DNA of 52,494 nucleotides from Patescibacteria group bacterium (GTDB lineage: Bacteria > Patescibacteriota > Minisyncoccia > UBA6257 > 02-FULL-45-10c): assembly GCA_018896875.1 (NCBI GenBank), contig JAHILT010000017.1, positions 1-52,494 on the forward strand. Reading direction: 5' to 3'. Below the pieces are notes generated by a model that was not told the origin of the DNA, made no database searches, and worked only from the letters and a program-made list of their open reading frames with translations. Each line of letters opens with the position of its first letter. The first letter of the stretch is position 1. This document shows, piece after piece, positions 26,661-35,598 of the stretch. A program made the translations under genes and the position numbers.

Positions 26661-28010
26661 TTAATCAGTTGATTTAGATCTTAGGTCAACAGTATTTCCA
26701 GACACTTTTGTAAAGGTGGTCAAATTAATAACATCCCCCTTCTTTGATTCTTGTTTTTTTGGAATCCCAGCATTATTAAGATTGGTTTTGTGTCCTATAT
26801 AATGAACTATTTTTTCGGGCTCTTTTTGGGATAAATTAGTCTTGTTTTCTATAAGCTCGGAAATGGGTTTTTGCCAAATAGCTTGATCTGACCCTCCTTC
26901 GCAAGGCTTCGGGCGGGCAAGCGAAGTAGTTGGTTTTTTAATATTTATTTTTTCTTGCTGGCTTGTTTTGAGTAATGGTTGAATGGATTGAGGAGGGGTT
27001 GGTAATGTTATTTTTTTTGGTTGAGGTGTAGGTTTGTTAATTGGAGATATAGGAATATTGGGTTTAGGAGTGATTGTAATTGGTTTTTGTTCAATTTTTG
27101 GTTTTGGTGATGAGGTCGTCATAAAACTTTTAATTTTATCGAAAATATTTGGCACAGTTTGATTGTTTTTCGCTTCTTTCTTGTCGCTAGTTATTTGCTT
27201 GTTTTCAGAGTTATTAATCGTTAGCGGCATCCCAAATTTAGCACTTTTTGGTAATTCTGTTTCTAAATGGACTGACACTGGTTTTGGAGGAGAGGTCTTT
27301 TTAATGAAAGAAGGGTCTACTTTTAAATTTAGAGAGGAGTCTTTTCTGAAGGTATTATCAGAGGGTTTAGACGTTGTAGTTTTCAGAAATTGGTCTTTGG
27401 TTTGAATAATAAATGGAGCAGGGGCGTTTTCTTGCTGCGAATAATTTACTGCTTCGCCTTTTTGGGTGGCTTCTTTCTCTATTTGCCCCGTGAAATTGCG
27501 ATTCTGCCGCACTATTTCACTGGGATCATTCCCGCGGCGAGAATCTAGGCCATCCTTTTTATCGTTGGTTATAGAGACTGGTTCTGGCTTAATAATAATA
27601 GGTTCTTCGCCTACAGGAGAATCAAGTTTATCAGACTTCTGCGTTTTTTCTTGCTCTTCTAAAGATGGAGGATTGTAGTTTTTCTCTAAATCAGTCTTCA
27701 AGGGATTCAAAAGTTTTTGTTTAAGTTCTATTTCGATAAAATTAGCTTTTTGAAGATCAATATCAAAAAAAGTATGCAACTCAGAGGCGACTTCTTCTGG
27801 TTTTAAATAGCCTAAAAAAACTTCCATTACAAGCAAATTGACTTTTTTTATTTGTTCTTCGTCTAGTTTGTAATCTTGTGCAATAGAAAGTACGAGCTTA
27901 GCGTTTTTATCAGCCAAAAGCTCTTTTTTAAGATTATTAGGAAGCTTCTCAAATCTTTTTTGCACTTCTAGTTTATCAGCTTCATATTTATTTTGATCGT
28001 TATTTGGCAT
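26661..28010 (-). CDS. Hypothetical protein: helical N-terminal domain and Pro/Lys-rich disordered tail with repeat-derived inserts
   Basis: RFEKLP..LK, EVFLGYL N-terminal domain; low-complexity tail ending NTVDLR. Confidence 0.7.
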   Translation of the reverse strand: MPNNDQNKYEADKLEVQKRFEKLPNNLKKELLADKNAKLVLSIAQDYKLDEEQIKKVNLLVMEVFLGYLKPEEVASELHTFFDIDLQKANFIEIELKQKLLNPLKTDLEKNYNPPSLEEQEKTQKSDKLDSPVGEEPIIIKPEPVSITNDKKDGLDSRRGNDPSEIVRQNRNFTGQIEKEATQKGEAVNYSQQENAPAPFIIQTKDQFLKTTTSKPSDNTFRKDSSLNLKVDPSFIKKTSPPKPVSVHLETELPKSAKFGMPLTINNSENKQITSDKKEAKNNQTVPNIFDKIKSFMTTSSPKPKIEQKPITITPKPNIPISPINKPTPQPKKITLPTPPQSIQPLLKTSQQEKINIKKPTTSLARPKPCEGGSDQAIWQKPISELIENKTNLSQKEPEKIVHYIGHKTNLNNAGIPKKQESKKGDVINLTTFTKVSGNTVDLRSKSTD

Positions 28011-28057
28011 TTAGAGATTACTTAATTTCGAAATTTAATGTAAATTTATTTTTGTTT

Positions 28058-29623
28058 TTATTCAGATTTTTCTGGCTTTGACTCTTCCGCTTTTTTTTCA
28101 ACTTTTTCTAATCTTTCTTTAAGCTCTTCTACTTCTTCGTTCGGACCTTGTTTCTCTTTTTCTATATTTTCGCTAACTCCTTTTATTTTACCCTTTGTTC
28201 TTTCGGCGTCTGTCTCAAGAGATTTTATTTTATTTTGATCAGGATTATTTGCTGTTTTTTCTTTAAAGATAGCTGAATTTATTGTTTCTAGGTTTTTATT
28301 AAGATCTCCTAGTCCCTTTGTCATTAAATCGATATTTTTTATTGTTCTTTCTTCCTTCTTTTTCTTTTTTTCTTCTTTTTTTATTCCAATGTCAACTCTT
28401 CTAGCTTTATAGCCTTTTACTCCTACTAGCATTTCATCCATACCCGCGCCTACTATGCTTTTAATACTAGATGTTCCTCCTGTTTCATATACTTTTTTAG
28501 CTCCTTCTCCAATTACCTTCGCTTCTTTTCTATATGTTTGATATTTTTGGTTTAATTTTTGCAACCAAGGACGTTTGCTTTCGGTTATTCCTTCTCCTGC
28601 TTTACCAGCGACATATTTGCCAGTCCTAAGTGCTCCGCTACCAAGTTTTAGAGGCAATGTTTTTCCGAGAAAATTTACTGCTCCCCTAGCTGATGCTAAT
28701 CCTCCTTTTGCTCCCGCAATAGACATAAATTCAGCCGCCATTAATCCTCCTAGAAGAAGCGCGACCATCATAATCATTGATCCTGCATCACTAGCTATAT
28801 TACTCATTGCTCCGGCACCACCATCAATCGCGGCGCTTTTAAGTCCTAATGGTTCGTATAAATCCGCGGATTTTAACGCTAAATAAATAAAAAATGCGGC
28901 AGCTGGACCGAAAAATGTTTGTTTTAAAAATGCACTTACCCACTTGCTCCATAATCCGCTACCAAATGTCCACATTAGTATCGCCCCCGGCATTAAAACA
29001 AGCAAAATGCCTATTGTGATGTATCGTCTAAGATACATTATAGCTAAGGTAAACATCGTAATAGCTGAAACAGCCGTCATTATATTTATAAATATTAAAT
29101 TATTTACAAATGCCACTGTTCCTCCCCCAAAGGTTTTTAGACTTTCTGAAAATTCTGCTACGGGCGGCTTAAGGAAACTTCCAGGAGAAAGACTTCCAGC
29201 TATGGCTTGAGAAATACCCCCGCTTCCTGTCGTAGTGTAAGCGCTATGAAGAAAAAAGTTCATAAAAATACCAGCAATATCAAGAGCCATTCCAGCTATT
29301 AAAATACTGAAGTTTATGAGAAGGGCGGCGATAATCAATTTTGGCAAAGTTTTTTTTGCTTGAAAACTTTCATTTCTTAGTATTGTGCCGAAAGCAATAA
29401 TTATTATTAACAAAACAAAACCAAGATTAGCTATATCTCTGGTAATTTCCCAGCCGATTTCAACGACTGGATTATCAATAATTTTAGAATTCAAAACTAA
29501 AACCCAATTTAGCATTAATCCAGCCAAAAAAAGCAATTTAGAAAAACAGTATCCTATCAAATAAAGGACTACACTGACTGTCCACGTTGCGACTTGAATA
29601 GCGCTATTAGCAATTATACCCAT
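28058..29623 (-). CDS. VirB6/TrbL-like polytopic membrane protein
   Basis: GWEITRDIANLGF, LPKLIIAALLINFS, multiple TMs, Gly/Ala-rich then charged tail. Confidence 0.75.
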   Translation of the reverse strand: MGIIANSAIQVATWTVSVVLYLIGYCFSKLLFLAGLMLNWVLVLNSKIIDNPVVEIGWEITRDIANLGFVLLIIIIAFGTILRNESFQAKKTLPKLIIAALLINFSILIAGMALDIAGIFMNFFLHSAYTTTGSGGISQAIAGSLSPGSFLKPPVAEFSESLKTFGGGTVAFVNNLIFINIMTAVSAITMFTLAIMYLRRYITIGILLVLMPGAILMWTFGSGLWSKWVSAFLKQTFFGPAAAFFIYLALKSADLYEPLGLKSAAIDGGAGAMSNIASDAGSMIMMVALLLGGLMAAEFMSIAGAKGGLASARGAVNFLGKTLPLKLGSGALRTGKYVAGKAGEGITESKRPWLQKLNQKYQTYRKEAKVIGEGAKKVYETGGTSSIKSIVGAGMDEMLVGVKGYKARRVDIGIKKEEKKKKKEERTIKNIDLMTKGLGDLNKNLETINSAIFKEKTANNPDQNKIKSLETDAERTKGKIKGVSENIEKEKQGPNEEVEELKERLEKVEKKAEESKPEKSE

Positions 29624-29647
29624 TTAATGCAAATTTTTAATTTGTTT

Positions 29648-31255
29648 TTAGTCATTTGTTTCTTCGTCTGTTGGGCAAGAAAGTTCTCCAGAATTTAAAA
29701 GCTCAAATACATCTTTATAGCCACCAAGCGTGGAATCAAGCAATAAAAGTTCGTCAGAATAGTTTTGAACATCCGTTAATCCTACTTGCGCTTCGTTAAG
29801 CGCTTCGTTGGCGGATTCTAAATCTAATACGCCACTAGATTCCAAATGACTATAATTCATAAACATTGTTTCTTGGTTGTCTTCATCTAAATTATCAAAA
29901 CTTGCTTTTACACTCTCTAAATCTAAGATATTATCATCCAAGCTTATTACAGTAGGCGCTAAGTCGTTATTAATGACATCGCTGATTGTTTCTAATTTAT
30001 CTCCGAGATTCCCTGGATTCAGAGCCGTTGATTGTTCAGGGGTGAGTCCACTATCGGCGCTACATCCTTCAAGAGTCGCTAGCTCATTATATAATACACT
30101 CAAAATACCAATAGATTGATTAATGATATTAACTGTGTTGGTTTTTACAGTTAATACTGAATTAATAGTATCCAAATACATAGCCTTAGTATTATCTAGA
30201 GTGATTTGATTAATTAGGCTAAATCTATCTTTCTGCCATTTAGTCCACCCAAGTGCGTTGTCAGGAATATCTTCTTCTGATGTTCCTAACCATCCCACAA
30301 GTCCGTCATTTGCTAATACGCCTAATCTAAATAACGCGGCGTCGGCAAGCGCACCGAGATAAAGAGCCATGTCGTTAGAGGTCAAAACAGCATCAGTTTT
30401 ACGTTCCACCGCTTTTGTTGTTGCTCCGGCCAAAACTTGTCCTGGGGTAAGCACCTCGCAAACAGGTTTTCCTGTTTCTGGGTCTGGTTTGCAAACAGTT
30501 TGAGATTTAAATCCTAAATTAACAGTAGCTTCTAAATTTTTTTGTTCTAAAATTGATTTAGTTCCTCTTTCTAATTCGTCTCGCATCGCCAAAGAAGATC
30601 CGAAAAAATTATTTTGCGGTTCCCATAAAGCGTTATAAGTAACCCATTTTCCTATATTTTTTTTATCAAAATTTTCAATAGCGTCTTCTACATTATCAAC
30701 AACTTCGCTCAAGGTACATTCAATTTCTTTGGAAAATTTTTGTGGCTCCGAACCAAAGCCAATGGCCATATTCACTTGAAACGGAGTACAAAACGCAGGC
30801 ATAGATTCTTGAATAACTGTTCCCGCCCAATCATCAGCCGCTTTTTCTAGAAAACCGCCAAAATCGGTGATAAACGGAGGACTGCCACCCTTTCCTCCAG
30901 TTTTAATCCATTCAATGGTTTGATCCATTATTCTATCTAATATCATTTTTTTAAGTTTTTGCCCAGCTGTTTCTATAAGAGCTTTTTTTATGGCTATCCA
31001 AAGATCTTTGTACCATTTAGCTTGATCTTGAATCTTTTTGCCTTTATCATCAACGAGTAATCCTGATGGTGTTACTGCTAGTGCTCCTGTGCCAGTTAAC
31101 ATACTAGGATCTAAATAATCAACAATAGATCCTCCTTCTATGTCTAAAATTCCAGCCATAACCCTTTCTGTTTTCAAAGAAAAAACAGACGGATTAAATA
31201 TTAATCCACATAAGATACTTCCTATTATAATTTTTTTGTAAAAGTTTATGTTCAT
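29648..31255 (-). CDS. Exported helical protein of the secretion cluster
   Basis: Signal peptide; WI..G..G.PPFITD, CTP, CTL, PQNN, TPG motifs. Confidence 0.7.
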   Translation of the reverse strand: MNINFYKKIIIGSILCGLIFNPSVFSLKTERVMAGILDIEGGSIVDYLDPSMLTGTGALAVTPSGLLVDDKGKKIQDQAKWYKDLWIAIKKALIETAGQKLKKMILDRIMDQTIEWIKTGGKGGSPPFITDFGGFLEKAADDWAGTVIQESMPAFCTPFQVNMAIGFGSEPQKFSKEIECTLSEVVDNVEDAIENFDKKNIGKWVTYNALWEPQNNFFGSSLAMRDELERGTKSILEQKNLEATVNLGFKSQTVCKPDPETGKPVCEVLTPGQVLAGATTKAVERKTDAVLTSNDMALYLGALADAALFRLGVLANDGLVGWLGTSEEDIPDNALGWTKWQKDRFSLINQITLDNTKAMYLDTINSVLTVKTNTVNIINQSIGILSVLYNELATLEGCSADSGLTPEQSTALNPGNLGDKLETISDVINNDLAPTVISLDDNILDLESVKASFDNLDEDNQETMFMNYSHLESSGVLDLESANEALNEAQVGLTDVQNYSDELLLLDSTLGGYKDVFELLNSGELSCPTDEETND

Positions 31256-31337
31256 CTGTTTATTTTTATTTCATTATTTGGCATAAGATAATCATAACAA
31301 ATTACTAAATTAATTTTAAATAAGTTACGAGAATATA

Positions 31338-31771
31338 GATTTAAGATTTAAGATTTAGGATTTAGGAATGATTTAGATTTAGAAATGAGTCCTTGTAATA
31401 ATTTGTGCGTACAATTAGCTTGTTCGGCTATTTGTTGTAAATCAGTTTGTTTTAAATATCCGATGTCTTTAGCGATTAATAATTGATTTTTTAATTCAAT
31501 TAAAGATCCTTGAGAAATATAATAAAATTGTATTTTTTCTTTATAACCCTGCCTTCCAAACCCCTCGGCGATATTACTAGTGATTGAAATAGCTGCTCGA
31601 CGCATTTGATTGGTTAATGAATATAATTCATCTTTTGGGAATTTTTTGGTTAATTTATATATCATTATTATTAATTTATGTCCTTCTTGCCATACCTTTA
31701 AGTCGGTAAACGATTTTATTTTAGTTTTTCTTTGTTCGAAATCCATATTCTTAAATCTTAAATCATAAATC
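31338..31771. repeat. Inverted GATTTA(A/G) heptamer arrays flanking the four-helix-bundle gene
   Basis: 4 copies at 31338-31365; 3 reverse-complement copies ((T/A)TAAATC) at 31751-31771. Confidence 0.8.
31348..31746 (-). CDS. Four helix bundle protein (23S rRNA-IVP / bAvd-like family)
   Basis: SFTDLKVWQ, FPKDELYSLTNQMRRAAISITSNIAEG, GSLIELKNQL. Confidence 0.93.
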   Translation of the reverse strand: MDFEQRKTKIKSFTDLKVWQEGHKLIIMIYKLTKKFPKDELYSLTNQMRRAAISITSNIAEGFGRQGYKEKIQFYYISQGSLIELKNQLLIAKDIGYLKQTDLQQIAEQANCTHKLLQGLISKSKSFLNPKS

Positions 31772-31780
31772 TTTTATCAT

Positions 31781-32539
31781 CTAATCTAGATGAGTTTCTA
31801 TAAAATCTTTTATTTCTATACTAAGTATAACAAATTCTTCATTTGTTTTTAACAGCTCGTTAGCAGCAAGTATAGCTGATACGGGATCTTCTCCAGCATT
31901 AGCGCCTTTTTCAAATATATTTTTTTTAATACTTAATAATTCAATTTCTTTTTTATGAATATTTAAGGCTAGTCTAGGTATTGTGATGTTGTATAAAGCA
32001 TCTATTGCATACTTGTACGCTTCTTTGATTTTTACAAAATCATAAATATCTAAGCTTTCCGGATTACTCATCATAGAAGCGGGCATTTTTTTACTAGCAG
32101 TGATTAAAATATTATTGAAAGAATTAAAATATTCTAGAAGAGCTTCTTTGTTATTATCTTCGGAAATTTTTAAAGAAGAATTGTCTATTTTGGGTCTAAG
32201 GCTTGCTGGATTAAAGTTTTTTTGGGCTTCTACAATTAAATCTTCAACCATTTTTTCCGGCGCTGGAGCGTTAATCATAGTTTCTCCGTCAATATTCTTG
32301 AGCCCTTCTAAATTTTTTTCAGCAATACCAGCGCTAATTTTTTCGGTCAAAGCATCGGTTAAATTTTTATTATTACTTGTTCCTATAAGTTCAATTTCTA
32401 CAGGATTATTCTCAATAACATTTTCAGTATTGCTTATTTTTGCTGGAGCTGGTGAATTAGAATTAGAGACAATTAAATAAGCTCCAGTCAGTCCGAGCCC
32501 TAAAATTAGAGTAGTTATTATGATTTTAAACACACTCAT
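31781..32539 (-). CDS. Membrane-anchored hypothetical protein
   Basis: N-terminal TM; NLT, IP...LNIH and DPV.A motifs. Confidence 0.7.
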   Translation of the reverse strand: MSVFKIIITTLILGLGLTGAYLIVSNSNSPAPAKISNTENVIENNPVEIELIGTSNNKNLTDALTEKISAGIAEKNLEGLKNIDGETMINAPAPEKMVEDLIVEAQKNFNPASLRPKIDNSSLKISEDNNKEALLEYFNSFNNILITASKKMPASMMSNPESLDIYDFVKIKEAYKYAIDALYNITIPRLALNIHKKEIELLSIKKNIFEKGANAGEDPVSAILAANELLKTNEEFVILSIEIKDFIETHLD

Positions 32540-32638
32540 TACTTATTATTATACAATAAACAATCAAGGATTTAAAATTAAAAATTAGGATATTCTGCCA
32601 TTTTTTCCCTGAAGTCAAATCGTCATTCTTATTCCCTC

Positions 32639-33439
32639 CTAAAGGAGGGGGATAATTTTGGCCAATTCTAGAATATTATTTATAGTCAAATTCTGTGGTC
32701 TACAATTTTCTGGAATATTAAGAGATCTTAATATATTAATTAAATCTTCTTTTGAAAATTCTGTGCCATTTTTTAAATTATTAAGAAGCGTTTTTCTTGG
32801 TTGTTTAAAAATAATATGAATAAGTTTATAATAGTTTTTTGTTTCTAATTCATTAGTAGCTAATGTTTTAGTGACTAGTTTTATAATCGCAGAGTCTACT
32901 TTCGGCGCAGGACTAAAATCTTCGGATTTAAGTTTAAAAATTATTTCTGGATTAGCCCAAAATTGTGTAGCAGCGGACAAAAGATTTGTTTTGTTATGTT
33001 GGGCACAAATTCTTTCTGCAACTTCTTTTTGAATCATCAATACCGTTAAACTTGGCTTGTTTTTTAATTCGCTTAATATTCTTAACAATTTCCCAGTAAT
33101 ATAATAAGGAATATTGCCTACAATCTTGTAATTAGAATTAGGAATAATGAATTGTGAATTATGAATGAGATTGGGCAATATTCTCAATATATCTCCTTGA
33201 ATAATCTTAATATTTTTGTCTAACGTAAACTTTTGTTGAAGAAGTTGGGCGAGTCGAGCATCTTTTTCAATCGCAATTATTCTTAATTCGTGATTCTTAT
33301 TTCTTAATTCATTAGTTAGTTCTCCATGTCCTGAACCAATTTCAATAATAGTTTCGTTTGGCTTGATATCTAAAGTCGCAATAATTTTAGTAATTGCTGA
33401 TTTATTTTTAAGAAAATGTTGTCCAAGACGTTTGTTCAT
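32639..33439 (-). CDS. rsmA: 16S rRNA dimethyladenosine transferase KsgA/RsmA
   Basis: LGQHFL, IEIGSG.G.LT, IEKD, VGNIPYYIT, MIQKEVAER, F.PAPKVDS, RK.L.NNL. Confidence 0.96.
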   Translation of the reverse strand: MNKRLGQHFLKNKSAITKIIATLDIKPNETIIEIGSGHGELTNELRNKNHELRIIAIEKDARLAQLLQQKFTLDKNIKIIQGDILRILPNLIHNSQFIIPNSNYKIVGNIPYYITGKLLRILSELKNKPSLTVLMIQKEVAERICAQHNKTNLLSAATQFWANPEIIFKLKSEDFSPAPKVDSAIIKLVTKTLATNELETKNYYKLIHIIFKQPRKTLLNNLKNGTEFSKEDLINILRSLNIPENCRPQNLTINNILELAKIIPLL

Positions 33440-33473
33440 AAATATAGGTTGTAATTTTAATTTAAATTATTAA

Positions 33474-35267
33474 TTATTCTATATACATATATTCATCATC
33501 CCAATCTGATTGTATTTTGCCATAGCTTGTAATTTTTGAAAAATCAATTAACTCCTTTGGTATTTCCCCTAGAAATCTTGAAGGAATATTGTAAAAACTA
33601 ATAAATAATTTTTTTTTGGCGCGAGTCATTGCCACGTACATAAGCCTTCTTTCTTCTTCTATCTCTTCTGGATAAAAAATAGATTGTTCGTGCGGTAAAA
33701 GTTTTTCATTACAACCAACTATAAAAACATTATCAAACTCCAATCCCTTAGAAGCATGGATAGTCATTAATTTTACAGCTTTTGTTAAAAGTTTTGGTTT
33801 ACCGTCAGAAGCCGACATTAAGCTTACTTTTTCTAAAAATTCATAAGGATCTTTATGCTGAGAAGCAAAATTAATTAATTCTTTTATATTCTCCATTCTT
33901 TCGGATGGATTTTTAAAGCTTTTGGTTAGGTAATTTGTATAATCTATTTTTTTAAAAAAATAATTTATAATTTGAACCAAAGTTAATTCTTTGGCTAATT
34001 TTGGAAGTTCTTGAATTATTATTTTACTTTTAATTTTTCCAAAACTTTTATTAATTCTTTCAATACTGGCGTCATCTTTTGGATTAAAAGCGTAGCGTAA
34101 TCCAGCAATTAAGTCTTTAATTTCTTTTCGGGCATAAAATTTAAGTCCACCGTAAATTTCATAAGGTATTTTATTTTGAATAAGTGTCTGTTCTAGCGCT
34201 CGAGATTGCGCGTTGGTTCTGTATAAGACAGCAACTTCTCCAATTTTTTCTTTATTGCGAATAAGTTTTACTATATTTGCGCATATTCCCCGTGCCTCTT
34301 CTTCGGAATTTTGATAAGTAGTTATTTTTATAAGATCGCCTTCTTTATTATTGGTCCATAATTTTTTTGGCTTTTGTAGTTTATTGTATGCGATAAGATT
34401 AGAAGACGCCGAAACGATAACTGAAGTTGAGCGGTAGTTTTGTTCTAATTTTATTATTTTTGCCCTTGGCCAATCTTTTTCAAAATTTAAAAAATTTCTA
34501 AAGTCTGACCCCCTGAATTTATATATACTTTGCGCATCATCTCCAATAGCGAAAACATTTTGATATTTTCCAGCGAGCAGTTTTATTAATTGATATTGAG
34601 CAGTGTTAATATCTTGATATTCATCTATTAATATATATTCATATTGATCTTGATATTTATTTAAAACGCCCGATTTTTCTTTAAAAATTTTAACGACTTT
34701 AGTGATAAGATCATCAAAATCAAAAGAATTACTTTTTTGTAAATTATTTTCATATTCTTTATAAATTTCTAATGACTTGATTTCATAATTGTCTTTTGGG
34801 CTTAAATTGTCTACATCTATTAATTTACTTTTAATTGAAGATATTTTTTTCAAAATAACTAAAGGATTAAATTTTTCCTTAGAAAGATTTTTATTTTTAA
34901 GAATTTTTTTAATTAAACTCAAAGAATCTTTATCGTCAAAAATGGTGAAATTTTTTTCGCGCTTGAAATAGGTGATTTCAGTTTTTAATATTTTTGCTCC
35001 GAAAGAATGAAAAGTACCGACAAACAACTTATTTTCAAGGGTTTGTGATTCGTATGAATCAAAAACCCGCCTTCGCATTTCATTAGCTGCTTTGTTCGTA
35101 AAAGTTATGGCAATTATTTTTTCTGGAGACACGTCTGACTTTAATAATCGTATCAATCTATTTACTAATGTTTTGGTTTTGCCAGATCCGGCACCAGCCA
35201 CGATTAATAATGGACCATTTTTATGTTTTGTAGCTTCTTGTTGTTTTTCATTGAGTCCGTTTTCCAT
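33474..35267 (-). CDS. UvrD/PcrA superfamily 1 DNA helicase (start moved to MENGLNEKQ)
   Basis: AGAGSGKT, ITFTNKAA, DEYQD, GDDAQSIY.FRG, LEQNYRS, LYRTN, TIHASKGLEF, EERRL.YVAMTRA. Confidence 0.95.
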   Translation of the reverse strand: MENGLNEKQQEATKHKNGPLLIVAGAGSGKTKTLVNRLIRLLKSDVSPEKIIAITFTNKAANEMRRRVFDSYESQTLENKLFVGTFHSFGAKILKTEITYFKREKNFTIFDDKDSLSLIKKILKNKNLSKEKFNPLVILKKISSIKSKLIDVDNLSPKDNYEIKSLEIYKEYENNLQKSNSFDFDDLITKVVKIFKEKSGVLNKYQDQYEYILIDEYQDINTAQYQLIKLLAGKYQNVFAIGDDAQSIYKFRGSDFRNFLNFEKDWPRAKIIKLEQNYRSTSVIVSASSNLIAYNKLQKPKKLWTNNKEGDLIKITTYQNSEEEARGICANIVKLIRNKEKIGEVAVLYRTNAQSRALEQTLIQNKIPYEIYGGLKFYARKEIKDLIAGLRYAFNPKDDASIERINKSFGKIKSKIIIQELPKLAKELTLVQIINYFFKKIDYTNYLTKSFKNPSERMENIKELINFASQHKDPYEFLEKVSLMSASDGKPKLLTKAVKLMTIHASKGLEFDNVFIVGCNEKLLPHEQSIFYPEEIEEERRLMYVAMTRAKKKLFISFYNIPSRFLGEIPKELIDFSKITSYGKIQSDWDDEYMYIE

Positions 35268-35301
35268 GTATGATATTATAACCGTATTAAAACTAAATTG
35301 A

Positions 35302-35598
35302 ATCCCACACATAACTTACACTGATTATGTATTGCGTTTATTTATTACAATCGTTAAAAAACAAAAGTTTATATGTGGGTTGTACATCTGATTTAAAAAA
35401 AAGATTATTAATACATAATCAAGGAAAGTCATATCATACTAAAAAATATATGCCATGGAAATTAATATATTGTGAAGCTTATATCTCAAAAAAAGATGCT
35501 TATAGTCGCGAGCAATCGTTAAAGTTATGCGCTCAAGGATTACGTCGCCTTAAAGAAAGGCTTAATAATTCGTTGGTTGTGTAAGTTATGTGTGGGAT
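35302..35598. mobile_element. 297-bp cassette: GIY-YIG gene bounded by perfect 20-bp inverted repeats
   Basis: ATCCCACACATAACTTACAC (35302-35321) / GTGTAAGTTATGTGTGGGAT (35579-35598). Confidence 0.7.
35327..35584 (+). CDS. Small GIY-YIG nuclease (UPF0213-like)
   Basis: VYLLQS...LYVGCTSDLKKRL..HN.G, PWKLIY.E, A..RE..LK. Confidence 0.9.
   Translation: MYCVYLLQSLKNKSLYVGCTSDLKKRLLIHNQGKSYHTKKYMPWKLIYCEAYISKKDAYSREQSLKLCAQGLRRLKERLNNSLVV

Noticed and set aside
31348-31746. Diversity-generating retroelement, suggested by the Avd-like protein
   Set aside because: No reverse transcriptase and no TR/VR pair differing at adenines was seen in the window.
35268-35596. MCG... N-terminal extensions of the helicase and LysM-M23 ORFs
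   Set aside because: Both ATG TGT GG starts come from the two arms of the 20-bp inverted repeat and are artefacts.
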